Below, one piece after another: positions 8,982 to 19,474 of a DNA stretch of 40,474 nt. Origin of the DNA: Fimbriimonadales bacterium (lineage in GTDB: Bacteria > Armatimonadota > Fimbriimonadia > Fimbriimonadales > ATM1); assembly GCA_051003155.1 (NCBI GenBank), contig JBPCLO010000030.1, forward strand, positions 1-40,474, in the 5' to 3' direction. The notes beneath the pieces are model-generated. The model was not told the origin of the DNA. It did not search any database and was given only the letters and a program-made list of their open reading frames with translations. A program made the translations under genes and the position numbers. Every line of letters begins with the position of its first letter. Position 1 is the first letter of the stretch.

Positions 8982-10033
8982 TTTTTGGGGGCTTCTTTAG
9001 GGCCCTCCAAGGCTACTTTACCGAGGATCTCGGGATAGACCTTGGCACTGCCAATACGCTCGTCTACGTTCAAGGAAAGGGGATCGTTCTGCGAGAGCCG
9101 AGTGTCGTTGCGGTGGACAACGACTCCGGCACCGTCCTCGCCGTGGGCGAGGAGGCGAAGCGAATGCTTGGGCGCACGCCCTCCAGCATCTCGGCGATTC
9201 GGCCCTTAAGAGACGGAGTCATTGCGGACTACGACCAAACCGAGAAAATGCTCCGCCACTTTATCGGAAAAGGTGCAAAGAGGCGGCTCGTTTGGAAGCG
9301 AGTAGTAGTCGGCATCCCTAGTGGCATCACCGAGGTGGAGCGCCGCGCCGTAATGGAAGCGAGCCGTCGGGCAGGCGCCAACGAGGCGTACGCGATCGAA
9401 GAGCCGATGGCCGCCGCGATAGGCGCCGGGCTACCCGTTACCGAGGCTACTGGATCGATGGTCGTAGATATCGGCGGCGGAACGACTGAGGTCGCCATTA
9501 TTTCGTTGGCGGGCATCGTCAACGCCCGTTCAATTCGAGTGGCGGGCGACGAGATCGATGAGGCTATCGGCAATTACGTGCGCAGGGCGTACAATCTCTA
9601 CATCGGCGACCGCTCAGCGGAGAAAACGAAGTTGGAAATCGGATCGGCTTACCCTCTAGAGCATGAGATGACGTTCGAGGTTCGCGGACGAGATATGGTT
9701 TCAGGGCTACCGAGGGCGGCGATCTTGAGCAGCGACGACATCCGGTTTGCAATCCAGGAGCAACTTAACGCCATTGTTGAGGCCGTGAAGATGACGCTCG
9801 AGACGGCCCCGCCAGAGCTGTCCGCCGACATCATCCAAACGGGCATCGTGCTCGCCGGAGGGGGCGCGCTGCTTCGAGGCCTGGACCAACTCATTCAGGA
9901 AGAAACTGGAATCCCAGTTGTTGTTGCCAACGACCCCCTAAGTTGCGTCGTTCTGGGAACCGGGCGAGTCATGGAAGAGATTAGAGCCAACCCGCAGCTT
10001 AGGAAGGTGTTGGTGCGGGCATCAAAAGATTAA
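8978..10033 (+). CDS. mreB: Rod shape-determining protein MreB
   Basis: [48 protein letters not shown]. Confidence 0.97.
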   Translation: MIFGGFFRALQGYFTEDLGIDLGTANTLVYVQGKGIVLREPSVVAVDNDSGTVLAVGEEAKRMLGRTPSSISAIRPLRDGVIADYDQTEKMLRHFIGKGAKRRLVWKRVVVGIPSGITEVERRAVMEASRRAGANEAYAIEEPMAAAIGAGLPVTEATGSMVVDIGGGTTEVAIISLAGIVNARSIRVAGDEIDEAIGNYVRRAYNLYIGDRSAEKTKLEIGSAYPLEHEMTFEVRGRDMVSGLPRAAILSSDDIRFAIQEQLNAIVEAVKMTLETAPPELSADIIQTGIVLAGGGALLRGLDQLIQEETGIPVVVANDPLSCVVLGTGRVMEEIRANPQLRKVLVRASKD

Positions 10034-10065
10034 CGAAGCGATCTGGGCTTTTTGTACCTTCGCTG

Positions 10066-10884
10066 TTGTGCGTTCTGGGTGCGGCGCTCGGTCTGTTTCA
10101 GAGCCGCTCTACCAGGCTTATCTCTTTTGCCCAGGACACGCCGGTCGAATCCGCTGCTGAAACAAGCTCGCGGGTAGATCTCATCTCGTATGCGGTCCAG
10201 AGAGTGGTCTATTGGCCGCAGCGGGTGTTCGCAGTGGTCGGCGACGTCGTTAGCGAGCAGGTGTCAGGCTTCCTGCACGGCGGGGCCATTGCCCGTCGCG
10301 CCGAAGAGTTACAAGACGCTCATGCCGCGAGCGAGCAATACAAGAACCAGATCGAGTTGTTGGAGCGACAAATTGCCGAACTCCGCAAGCTCGCCGACAT
10401 GGGGCCGATTTCCAACTACAAGAAGCATGGCGCCGTCCTTCTCGGCTATTTCCCGACTCAGCACCGGCTTATGCTCGACGTGGGTGGTCGCAATGGGGTC
10501 AAGCTCGGTGATCCCGTCGTAAGCCCTGGTGGCCTCGTTGGACAAGTGGTTGAAGTTTCGACGGCCTCGTGCTTTGTCAATCTGGTAACAAACTTGGACT
10601 TCAGTGTCGGAGCAAGGGTTGTTCGCGCTCAGTCGGAGGAGGTCGGCATCGCTCACGGCCAGAGTTCGGACCAAATGCTGCTGAGCGTGTATCAGGAAAA
10701 CGCCAAGCTGCTGCCGGGGGATCTCATCAGCACTTCCGGATTGTCGACGATTTACCCCGAGGGCATCTCGATCGGGCGGGTTACTAAAACCTGGCACAAC
10801 AAGAACCTCGGCATCCAGCAGGCGCTCGTTCAACCGGAGGTCGAGCTCTCGACGTTGCGCTACGCGGTGGTGCTGACGAAGTGA
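10066..10884 (+). CDS. mreC: Rod shape-determining protein MreC
   Basis: Coiled coil, GLVGQV, GDLISTSGL..IYPEGI.IG; position after mreB. Start uncertain. Confidence 0.9.
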   Translation: MCVLGAALGLFQSRSTRLISFAQDTPVESAAETSSRVDLISYAVQRVVYWPQRVFAVVGDVVSEQVSGFLHGGAIARRAEELQDAHAASEQYKNQIELLERQIAELRKLADMGPISNYKKHGAVLLGYFPTQHRLMLDVGGRNGVKLGDPVVSPGGLVGQVVEVSTASCFVNLVTNLDFSVGARVVRAQSEEVGIAHGQSSDQMLLSVYQENAKLLPGDLISTSGLSTIYPEGISIGRVTKTWHNKNLGIQQALVQPEVELSTLRYAVVLTK

Positions 10885-11354
10885 GAGTCTTTTTTGTCAC
10901 CACCGTGGGCCTTGTTCTCGCGGCTGCGTTCCAAGCTGCACTTGGGGAGAGATTGGCAATCGGCTGGGCCCGACCCGACCTTATTCTCACTGTGGCGGCG
11001 GTACTAGCGGTGCATCGCACTTCTGATTTGGCGGCCTTCACGGGTTTTTTCGCGGGCCTGCTGCATGGTGGCATCGTAAACAGCCACATGGCAGCCTTCG
11101 TGATAAGTCGGACCCTTGCCTGTTTGTCCGCGGAGCGGATATCCGCGGCCTTTGTCGGCAGAACCTATATAACGGTTGCCGTCGCAACCATGGTGGCCAG
11201 CATTCTTTGTTCGCTCCTCAATCTCTTTGTGAGTGTGCCGGGGGATGTTGTCGGTTGGCTCCTAGCGATGGTCGGCGGCGGCGCGTACAACGCGATTCTG
11301 GCCGCATTACTGTACGGCGCATACCGCGCGATCATGCGGCCGGCCAATCCGTAG
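10881..11354 (+). CDS. mreD: Rod shape-determining protein MreD
   Basis: Hydrophobic protein with PDLIL and GFFAGLL motifs, directly after mreC. Confidence 0.85.
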   Translation: MRVFFVTTVGLVLAAAFQAALGERLAIGWARPDLILTVAAVLAVHRTSDLAAFTGFFAGLLHGGIVNSHMAAFVISRTLACLSAERISAAFVGRTYITVAVATMVASILCSLLNLFVSVPGDVVGWLLAMVGGGAYNAILAALLYGAYRAIMRPANP

Positions 11355-11420
11355 CTCGGTGCAATGCTCTGGGGTTGCTTACCGTAGAAGGGTCATCTTA
11401 TCAAGGAGACCGATAAAACG

Positions 11421-11639
11421 ATGAACTGGGATATCATGAAAGGTAACTGGAATCAACTCAAAGGCAAACTCAAGGAAGAATGGGGTGAGTTGACGGACGA
11501 CGACCTGCAGCAATTAGACGGCAACAGGGATCAGATCGTCGGCAAGCTCCAAGAAAAGTATGGCTATGCCAAGGACGAAGCCGAGCGAAGGTTGGAGGAG
11601 TTTGCAGGGCGTCAGCGGGTGGGACCCCCACAAATCTGA
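11421..11639 (+). CDS. CsbD/YjbJ family stress protein
   Basis: MNWDIMKGNWNQLKGKLKEEWGELTDDDL...GKLQEKYG; AAGGAG RBS. Confidence 0.93.
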   Translation: MNWDIMKGNWNQLKGKLKEEWGELTDDDLQQLDGNRDQIVGKLQEKYGYAKDEAERRLEEFAGRQRVGPPQI

Positions 11640-11715
11640 CCCAGCCCCTCGATCGCGGGGACACGGACGAGACCTTCAGCCGTATATACTTTCTGGAGAG
11701 TAAGTCCGAATTCTT

Positions 11716-12663
11716 ATGAGATCCCCCGCGATATCTATAGCTGCAGTCCTTTCGGTCGCCGCCGGTGCTCAAAACCTCGATCCCAACGGGGTAGTAGCAA
11801 GCGTCGACGGCGACAAAATCCTTAATACCGAGTATTACACGCGCATGGCGTACCTCGACGACGTCGGCACTATGAGTAACAACCGCTTCGTCAAGGTACC
11901 GCCCGCATTCTTGACGATTCAGCGCTTGATCAACGAGCGGTTCGTGATGCAGATTGCGAAGGAGAAAGGCGTTGCGCCAACGTCCGCCGAGGTGGTGGCT
12001 GAGCTCAACCAGCGCAAAGCCGATAATCCCGAATCGCTGCAGCAATTCAGGGACCTGGGCGTCTCGGATGCGACAATCGCCTCGCAGGTCGCACTCGATC
12101 TGGCGCAGTTCAAGCTGCTAACAATGGGAGTGAGTATCACCGACCCCCAAGTCGAAAGTCACTATAAGCTTAACAAGGGCGTTTACGTTCGCCCGGCGGC
12201 GGTCAAGCTGAGCGTGATAGTCGTGGACAAGCCGGCGGACAAGGCGAAGGTGGATTCCGCGCTCAAGTCGAAACCCTTCGCCGAAGTTGCCAAGGAACTT
12301 TCTACCGACATCACCAAGTTTGCGGGAGGAGGCCTGCCTGAAGTACCCATCGAGGGCATCCCGGAGAACCTTCGTGCGGTAGTCAAAAGGACTAAGGCGG
12401 GCGAAAGGACGGAGTGGATTCAATCGGAAGGCGCGCATTTGATCTACTTGATTGAAAGGAAGACCGACTCGGTCCAACTCCCTCTCGACGACAAACTGAA
12501 GAAGGAGATCAAACGTAGGATGATGCTTGTGGCCGGCCAGCAAAAGAACGACGTCCAAGCGATGGTGAGGGCAAGGGCGAAGGCCGCGAAAGTCACCATC
12601 ACGTCGCCTGGCCTGCAAAAGCTTTGGGATCTTTACACTAGAGACCAGCTTCGCGGTTCGTGA
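11716..12663 (+). CDS. SurA/PrsA-like foldase (PpiC-type PPIase)
   Basis: Signal peptide, VVASVDGDKI, LQRLINE-like helix, FAEVAKELSTD...GGGL parvulin segment. Confidence 0.8.
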   Translation: MRSPAISIAAVLSVAAGAQNLDPNGVVASVDGDKILNTEYYTRMAYLDDVGTMSNNRFVKVPPAFLTIQRLINERFVMQIAKEKGVAPTSAEVVAELNQRKADNPESLQQFRDLGVSDATIASQVALDLAQFKLLTMGVSITDPQVESHYKLNKGVYVRPAAVKLSVIVVDKPADKAKVDSALKSKPFAEVAKELSTDITKFAGGGLPEVPIEGIPENLRAVVKRTKAGERTEWIQSEGAHLIYLIERKTDSVQLPLDDKLKKEIKRRMMLVAGQQKNDVQAMVRARAKAAKVTITSPGLQKLWDLYTRDQLRGS

Positions 12664-14072
12664 TCACGGTCGTAGGCCTCGGTCCCGGGTCCGCCGATGC
12701 GCTTCCGCGGCGCAATCTTGGCGCCCTACGTTCAGCTTCCCGAGTGATTCTGCGGACGAGGGTTCACCCCCTTGTCGCCCTCTTGACCGCTGAGGGGATC
12801 GCGTTCGAGTCGTGCGACGACCTGTACGAATCATGTGGCGATTTCGACGAGTTATACAATTCGATTGCCGATCGGGTGCAAGCGTCGGGAGAGGGCACGG
12901 TGTACGCGGTGCCGGGGCATCCGTCAGTAGGCGAGGACTCGGTCCGGATTCTTGCGGAGATGACCCGAATCAAGGTCTTAGCGGCTCCCAGTTTCATCGA
13001 TGCGGTTCTGGCGGAGTTGGGCAAGCCCTTTGCCCGCTCACTCCAAGTCTGGAACGCGCACCAAGCCGACGCTCACTGGCCCGATGCCAGGGCATCTCAG
13101 CTTGTCTACCAGGTGGACTCGCAGGAAGCGGCTTCCGAGGCTAAATTGCGCTTGCTAAAGTTCTTCCCGTTCGATCAGCACGCCCACGTGGTCTCAAGGG
13201 CCGGAACTGATGATGCCAAAGTAGAAACGGTCCCGCTGGAAGAGTTGGACCACCTTCGGTATGACTCGCTGACCAGCGTCTACGTTGAGGGCTTGCCGCT
13301 CACGCGGCCGTTGGGATTTTACGGCCTCGTCGATGTGGTGGATCGCTTGCTCGGGCCGGCTGGGTGTCCGTGGGACCGCGAGCAGACCCACGAATCGTTG
13401 AAGAAACACCTGCTGGAAGAGGCCTACGAGGTCATCGAAGCCATTGATTCCGGCGACCCGGACAAGCTTTGTGAGGAGCTCGGCGACTTGCTGCTCCAGT
13501 CCCTAATGCACGCCCAGATGGACGCGATCGAAGGTCTTTATGAAACCGCCGACGTGATTGCTGGAATCACCGACAAGCTCGTGCGTCGGCACCCGCATGT
13601 GTTCGGCGAAGTTTGTGTGGCCAATTCCGACGAAGTGCTCCGAAACTGGGATGCGATAAAGAAGAGCGAAGGGAAGGAGCCGCGCTCCATTTTGGAAGGA
13701 ATACCGTCGAGCATGCCGGCGCTTTTACGGGCCACAGAAGTTAGTAAGCGAGCAGCTAGAGCAGGTTTCGAGTGGGGCACTCTGGAGGACGTTTTCTCGA
13801 AGCTCGCCGAAGAAGAGCAGGAATTGCGACAGGCAATCCAGTCGGGCAAAATCGAGCACGCCGCGGCGGAACTGGGCGACATGCTCTTTACGCTTGCGAA
13901 TATCGCAAGGTGGCTAAAAGTCGACCCCGAGGAGTCGCTTCGCCGGATGGTCGATCGATTTACTCAGCGGTTTCAATTTATGGAAACGGCCGCCGAAAAA
14001 CCGCTCGCAAATTTATCGCTCGAAGAGTGGAATGCTTTGTGGGAACGGTCCAAGGCCCAGCCCATTATTTGA
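12660..14072 (+). CDS. mazG: Tetrapyrrole methylase-like/MazG nucleoside triphosphate pyrophosphohydrolase (YabN type)
   Basis: ITVVGLGPG, YAVPGHP, GCPWDREQTH, EEAYE, EELGDLL, RRHPHVF. Confidence 0.93.
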   Translation: MITVVGLGPGSADALPRRNLGALRSASRVILRTRVHPLVALLTAEGIAFESCDDLYESCGDFDELYNSIADRVQASGEGTVYAVPGHPSVGEDSVRILAEMTRIKVLAAPSFIDAVLAELGKPFARSLQVWNAHQADAHWPDARASQLVYQVDSQEAASEAKLRLLKFFPFDQHAHVVSRAGTDDAKVETVPLEELDHLRYDSLTSVYVEGLPLTRPLGFYGLVDVVDRLLGPAGCPWDREQTHESLKKHLLEEAYEVIEAIDSGDPDKLCEELGDLLLQSLMHAQMDAIEGLYETADVIAGITDKLVRRHPHVFGEVCVANSDEVLRNWDAIKKSEGKEPRSILEGIPSSMPALLRATEVSKRAARAGFEWGTLEDVFSKLAEEEQELRQAIQSGKIEHAAAELGDMLFTLANIARWLKVDPEESLRRMVDRFTQRFQFMETAAEKPLANLSLEEWNALWERSKAQPII

Positions 14073-15774
14073 GCCTGCGGGTCTCCTCTTTGCTCAATCG
14101 AAGAACAGGATATTTTCTCAATTTTGCGTCTGCAAAAGGTGAGCGGTCGTAGAAAAATGCCAGACGTACATTGGGATTATTTGCGAATGCCGGATTCTTT
14201 AGAGCTTCCTGGAACTTCGCCCGCAGCGTGGGATCGTTCTGAAGCATTCTTTTCGCGTAAGGCTCCATAGCGTAGTCCTCGAAAAACTCTTTCTCCTCGA
14301 ATATCGCGTTGAAAAACCCCCAGCGAAGTAGCGAGTCAGGCGCGTCCGGCTCGAGCAGGTGACTCACCAACTTGCCCTTTATCTGACCCGATCCCACGAG
14401 AACGGAGCCCGCCGGCAGCGTCCGCGCCTCACGAATGGCGATCGTCGAAAACGTCGGCATGAATCGGCCTTCGAAAGGCGAACGAGGGAACTGAACGTTA
14501 TCGAATCGGTACGTGGAAAATGTGCCGCGCGCGGAGGCTTTGGTTTTCCGATGTCCGATTCCGTGCACTTCGAGCAGCTCGATGGCCTCAGTCCATTGAG
14601 AGGGAATCGCATATGCATAGGGTGCCAGGATTGTCGTGCTGGGTTCGAATTTATCGCGGATCGTGGTCTTCACCGCAATCTTTTTTGACCGATTCCATGA
14701 TGGTATTTCCGCGCCAGAAATTTCACTCATATAGGGCTTATACTCGTATCCGAGAAATTCAAAAAAGCGCGATGCGGAAGCCGCGCGCGCGCTCAACACA
14801 ACCGGCTTTCCCACCATCCTCTTGGCATCGGAATCCGCGCGACTATTCCGCGCTATTAAGTCCAAGGCGGTTCTCGCGCAAAATTCGATCATCCGCACAT
14901 TCATGTTATATGTTGTTTCGACCCGCCTCTTGTAAGGCTTGAGCACGTGTGTTTCGACGAGCATGCTCGGCCTGTTCACCGCCGAGCCGTACCCGGTGGA
15001 ATAGCGCGGACTAAAGTCTTCGACGCTGATCCCTCTTTCAGGAGCCGATGCATCGAATCCGCCAAAATAGGGTGAAAGGAGGTAGCCATCATTCCTTGCG
15101 CCGTCGGTCATGGACTTGACCAAACCGCTGCTCCATTCGGCCACGCTGGGGTGCTGCGTCTGAGCAGTCGCAATTGCGTACGCGCCGTCATATTGCCAAT
15201 CACCGCCGTCCGTCGTGTGGTTGTCGATAATAAATTCCGGTTTGTACTCGTTGAATAGTCTGAGCCAACCACGCATTTCAGGGGTATCGGCCTTGATAAA
15301 GTCGCGATTGAGGTTTCTGTTGGTGGCCGTGGCCCGCCAACCCATTTCCTTCGGGCCGTTTTGATTGATTCGACTATACGCGCTGAACCTTTCGTGGCCG
15401 TCAACATTAAATATAGGAATGATCAACAGATCGACTTTATCGATCAAGTGCTGCTCCTTCTTAGTGATGAGGATTCGTCGGGCTAAAATCAGATTGGCGT
15501 CCTTTCCTTCTATTTCGCCCGCGTGTATGCCGTTGATAACGAGAACCAGCGGTTTGGCCGAGCCTTTTACTTGGCCCTTGGAAATCAGCAGCGCGATCAT
15601 CGGCCGACCTTCGCCACTCATCCCGTAACGAATGACCTTTGCATTGGGGGACGCGTCGTCGAGCCGCTTACAGAACTCGATGGCTTCGGCATAGCGGCCC
15701 GTTTCCATAAATTTGGACTTCTCGTATGTTAGTTGCCAATCTTGGGGCGGCGGCGCCGGTATAAGGGTCAGCAT
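14065..15774 (-). CDS. M14 family zinc carboxypeptidase
   Basis: GIHAGE (HxxE), FNVDGHE, NLNRD, IDNHTTDG. Confidence 0.9.
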   Translation of the reverse strand: MLTLIPAPPPQDWQLTYEKSKFMETGRYAEAIEFCKRLDDASPNAKVIRYGMSGEGRPMIALLISKGQVKGSAKPLVLVINGIHAGEIEGKDANLILARRILITKKEQHLIDKVDLLIIPIFNVDGHERFSAYSRINQNGPKEMGWRATATNRNLNRDFIKADTPEMRGWLRLFNEYKPEFIIDNHTTDGGDWQYDGAYAIATAQTQHPSVAEWSSGLVKSMTDGARNDGYLLSPYFGGFDASAPERGISVEDFSPRYSTGYGSAVNRPSMLVETHVLKPYKRRVETTYNMNVRMIEFCARTALDLIARNSRADSDAKRMVGKPVVLSARAASASRFFEFLGYEYKPYMSEISGAEIPSWNRSKKIAVKTTIRDKFEPSTTILAPYAYAIPSQWTEAIELLEVHGIGHRKTKASARGTFSTYRFDNVQFPRSPFEGRFMPTFSTIAIREARTLPAGSVLVGSGQIKGKLVSHLLEPDAPDSLLRWGFFNAIFEEKEFFEDYAMEPYAKRMLQNDPTLRAKFQEALKNPAFANNPNVRLAFFYDRSPFADAKLRKYPVLRLSKEETRRLK

Positions 15775-15779
15775 GCCTT

Positions 15780-16622
15780 TTAAGGTACCGGTTTCAAGTC
15801 CATGCGCGACTGCAGCGACTTGGCGACCTCAGCTCCGAATAGAAGGGTGTAAGAGGACAAGTAGACGAACAACAGCGCGACCACGAGGGAACCTGCGGCA
15901 CCGAAGACCGATGCGGGATTGAATGTGCCGATGTAGTACGAGAATAGGATCTTAGCGATGGAGAATAGGACTGATCCGAACAACGCCCCGCCCAGCGCGT
16001 TTCTCCAACGGATGGGCTGGCGGGTCGGAATCCAGCGGTACATCATGGAGAAGACGGCGGTGACGCTGATCAACGTTAAGAGAATCTCTGCCACACGGAG
16101 AAGCGGTACGTTTGCCTGGAAGTACTCGCCCGATGCGCGAACGGCGAGCGTGAGCCAGGCCGAAATCAGCGTCAGGGCGATTGCCACCGCACCGACTGCA
16201 AGGACAACTAGGACGCCGATCAACCTAACCTTAAGGTGGGCCACTATGCCCGTGGCAACTAGTTCCTCGCCGCGAAAGATAAGGTTGAGCGCCTCGACGA
16301 GTTGAGCGAATGCGCCGGAAGCAGCAACGACCAGCACAATCGTCCCCAATATGTTGCTCGCGCTGGAACCGTTCTGCGAAGCAGCCAATATGTCGCCAAG
16401 CGCCCTAGCGGAACTAGGACCCAAGAGCCGCTTGGATGCATTGAACAACTCGGCGCGGGCGCTGTGCTCGCCGTAAAACTGCGCCGCTGCTGAAGCCGTC
16501 AAAAGCAACATCGGCGCCAGTGAGAAGAGAGCATAAAAAGATAGCGCCGCTGCCATTCGGGAGCAATGATCACTTCCCCAGGCACGAATCGTCTGCTTGA
16601 GGAATTCGACGCTCGCCTTCAC
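15780..16622 (-). CDS. YihY/BrkB family inner membrane protein
   Basis: AAALSFYALFSLAP, FGAAGSLVVALL, LLFGAE. Confidence 0.92.
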   Translation of the reverse strand: MKASVEFLKQTIRAWGSDHCSRMAAALSFYALFSLAPMLLLTASAAAQFYGEHSARAELFNASKRLLGPSSARALGDILAASQNGSSASNILGTIVLVVAASGAFAQLVEALNLIFRGEELVATGIVAHLKVRLIGVLVVLAVGAVAIALTLISAWLTLAVRASGEYFQANVPLLRVAEILLTLISVTAVFSMMYRWIPTRQPIRWRNALGGALFGSVLFSIAKILFSYYIGTFNPASVFGAAGSLVVALLFVYLSSYTLLFGAEVAKSLQSRMDLKPVP

Positions 16623-16630
16623 ACGTTACT

Positions 16631-17713
16631 CTACGCCACAGTGATGTCGTCGCACAGGTATACGTCTTGAATTGCGTTGAGAATCTCAATACCGTCCTTC
16701 ATCGGTCTCTGGAAAGCTTTCCTGCCGCTAATCAGGCCAACCCCGCCGGCGCGCTTGTTGATAACCGCAGTCTTGACGGCATCCTGCATATCCGTCTCCC
16801 CTGACGCGCCCCCGCTATTGATGAGTGGAGAGCGGCCCATATAGCAATTTGCGACCTGATACCTGCACAAATCGATGGGGTGATCTGCGCAGAGTTCGGA
16901 ATAGATACGCTTGTCCGTCTTGCCGTAACTGCTGCCCTCCATATTCAGGGCCAGGAAGCCGCCGTTGTTCTCGGGAAGCTTCTGTTTGATAATGTCTGCC
17001 TGAATCGTTACCCCGAGATGGTTCGCCTGACCGGTAAGGTCGGCAGATAGATGGTAGTCCTTGTCCGTTTTGAGTGCGGGGTTACGCAGGTAGCACCAAA
17101 GCACCGTCGCCATGCCAAGCTCGTGTGCGTGCGCGAATGCTTCGCTCACCTCCACAATCTGCCGTCCACCCTCCTCGCTTCCGAAATAGATAGTCGCGCC
17201 AACTGCGGCCGCGCCCATATTCCAGGCCTGCTCCACGTTCCCGAACATGATCTGATCGAATTTGTTCGGATATGTGAGCAGTTCGTTGTGATTCAGCTTC
17301 AAGATGAACGGAATCTTATGCGCGTATTTGCGGCTGCACGAGCCCAGCATGCCGAGTGTCGAAGCCACAGCGTTGCATCCGCCTTCGATCGCGAGTCTTA
17401 TGATGTTCTCGGGGTCGAAATATTCAGGATTCTTGGCAAAGCTTGCACCCGCGCTGTGCTCAATTCCCTGATCGACCGGCAAGATGCTCATGTAACCCGT
17501 TCCGGCGAGCCGTCCGTTCCTATAAAGCGACTGCAGGTTGCGCAAGGTTTGCGAGTTCCGGTCGGACTGGGCAATCACTCGGTCGACGAAATCCGGACCC
17601 GGCAGATGAAGAAGGTCCCTCGAGATTTTCGCGCGGTGGTTCAGAAGTGAATCCGCCTCGCCCCCTAAGGTCTCCACGATGCGGTCTAACTGCGAGCCTT
17701 CGGCGATAGCCAT
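16631..17713 (-). CDS. fbaB: Class I fructose-bisphosphate aldolase
   Basis: [54 protein letters not shown]. Confidence 0.96.
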   Translation of the reverse strand: MAIAEGSQLDRIVETLGGEADSLLNHRAKISRDLLHLPGPDFVDRVIAQSDRNSQTLRNLQSLYRNGRLAGTGYMSILPVDQGIEHSAGASFAKNPEYFDPENIIRLAIEGGCNAVASTLGMLGSCSRKYAHKIPFILKLNHNELLTYPNKFDQIMFGNVEQAWNMGAAAVGATIYFGSEEGGRQIVEVSEAFAHAHELGMATVLWCYLRNPALKTDKDYHLSADLTGQANHLGVTIQADIIKQKLPENNGGFLALNMEGSSYGKTDKRIYSELCADHPIDLCRYQVANCYMGRSPLINSGGASGETDMQDAVKTAVINKRAGGVGLISGRKAFQRPMKDGIEILNAIQDVYLCDDITVA

Positions 17714-17748
17714 GGGTCTATTTTATCCCAGACGGTTAGAGTTTGGGC

Positions 17749-18040
17749 ATGCCCAAACTGACCCTTGTGCCCATCATCGCGCTCCTCGCCCTCTCTTCGT
17801 AGCAGCAGAAATGGATCGAGGATGTTCGTGACAACGTGGTTGTCATGGTGGATGGAAAGACCGTCGGCTCGCTTGACCGAAGGTTATCTACGCGAACAGC
17901 GAGGAAGCGCTAGCCGAGAACGGCTTGGCCGACAATCTGATAGACTGCGCCGCATGGACGATTTGGCATAGCGTCTGGAGCCAGACACACAACCCACTGC
18001 CCGACTGGGTTCCAATCGACCTGGGCGAGTCACATTCGAG
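17749..18040 (+). pseudogene. Collapsed relic of a GH35 beta-galactosidase with F5/8 type C domain
   Basis: Signal-like MPKLTLVPIIALLALSS then TAG (17800), IEDVRDNVVVMVDGKTVGSLDRR (GH35 C-terminal domain-like), and in another frame VIYANSEE..ENGLADNLID..TIWHSVWS...IDLG (discoidin-like). Confidence 0.6.
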
Positions 18041-18099
18041 GATTCCGCGTCCTTCCGCAACAGGGTTGGCAATCCACCCTGGTCAAAGTGTTGTCGGTT

Positions 18100-18933
18100 C
18101 TACGCTTTCGAGGAGCGTCCGTGGCGTCTCAGAGCGAGGAATGTCAAACCGCCAAGAGCGGCCAAGAGTGTCGAAGGCTCAGGCACCATGGTGTCCAGGT
18201 AGTCGGTCAGGACGCGCAATGAAACCTCGCTTGCTGCGATTGCCTGGGGCACGCTCACGTTAGTACCCACATGAATGTGCCCGGCCGCGAAGTTGCGGTA
18301 AGGATCCTTCGGGTCTGCGTGCTCATCGTGATACCAAGTGCCGTGGTAGGCGATGAACTCCGAGAGGAAGCCGCCGCCGAACCCTGCTGTGTCGATGAAC
18401 CCGTTTAGGCCGAGGCCCGCGCCGTTCACCGCGTCCACAATGGCCTGCATCGGCAATGACGAGAAACGGACGAATCCAGGTGGCGCGGTTGAGTCAGGCG
18501 GAGAAGGCGTGGGCTGGAAAGGTGCTATGTAGTCGTTCACCCAGACCTGCAAGTTTCGTTGCCGCCATTCGAGCTCCCAATCGAGGGCCCCCGAACCTCG
18601 GCTGAACGTAATGATGGCCATAGGCTTGATCTCATTCGAGATTCGCGCCCAGTCTTTCGACGTGTCTTGGTAGTCCACCTCGAAGTCGCCAACTCCAACC
18701 GGGAAGCTACCCTGCGGGAACTCGGGAAAGTACGAATGGAGGTTGTATCCGCGGTTTTCCCAGTTGCCACCCTGCCAGCCACCCGGGTTCTGGGCGGAGT
18801 TGGTGCTGAATTGGCGCAGCATCTCGTTGGTCGGCGGCCAATATCCCGTGAGCAGGATGTTGTTTGTGAAAGCGAAGCTGTGGGTCGATGCCATCAACAG
18901 CGCCATCGCGTAAAAACCTTGTTTCTTGCACAT
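18100..18933 (-). CDS. PEP-CTERM-sorted pyroglutamyl peptidase I (C15)-like protein
   Basis: Signal peptide, ILLTGYWP, SSLPMQAI, GGFLSE, GHIHV; C-terminal VPEPS + TM + RRHGR. Confidence 0.8.
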   Translation of the reverse strand: MCKKQGFYAMALLMASTHSFAFTNNILLTGYWPPTNEMLRQFSTNSAQNPGGWQGGNWENRGYNLHSYFPEFPQGSFPVGVGDFEVDYQDTSKDWARISNEIKPMAIITFSRGSGALDWELEWRQRNLQVWVNDYIAPFQPTPSPPDSTAPPGFVRFSSLPMQAIVDAVNGAGLGLNGFIDTAGFGGGFLSEFIAYHGTWYHDEHADPKDPYRNFAAGHIHVGTNVSVPQAIAASEVSLRVLTDYLDTMVPEPSTLLAALGGLTFLALRRHGRSSKA

Positions 18934-19003
18934 ATTTCTCCCTCAGTTAATGAAGACACCGAATTCGTCGCGATTGTGTCGCCTCGCCATACTTTCGGCT
19001 GCA

Positions 19004-19410
19004 GTGATACGCACTTTACCGCAAGCCGTCAATGATGCCCTCGTCCAGGAAATGGTACGTGACGATAACGTGATCTTGCTGGGCGAGGACATCGGCCGGA
19101 TTCATCGGTATGCCCTTGGGGCAGCGATGCCGGCCAAACGGCCGGTGGTCGAGCTGATGTTCATCGCTTTTTCTTTGGTCGCCATGGACCAGATCCTCAA
19201 CCAGTCGCCAAGACGCACTATGTGAGCGGTGCTCGGCAAAGGCGCCACCCGTGATGCGGACTCAAGGCGGAGGATACAAGGGGGCGGCCAGCCGACATTC
19301 GCAAATGCTGGAAGGGCCTTTCTGCACGTCCCGGAACTGAAGGTCGTGGCGCCGTGCAATCCCGCCCACGCCAAGGGCTACTCGCATCCGCCGTTCGCGA
19401 CGATAATCGT
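19004..19410 (+). pseudogene. 2-oxoacid dehydrogenase E1 beta subunit relic
   Basis: AVNDALVQEMVRDDNVILLGEDIG / GAAM..RPVVELMF..FSLVAMDQILNQ / HVPELKVVAP..AKG / AVRDDN, with deletions, stops and frameshifts. Confidence 0.8.
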
Positions 19411-19474
19411 GCTCCTTGGCCGAATCGGAATGGTGCGCGAAACGCCTTCTGGCTGTTTCGAGTTTTTACCTAAG

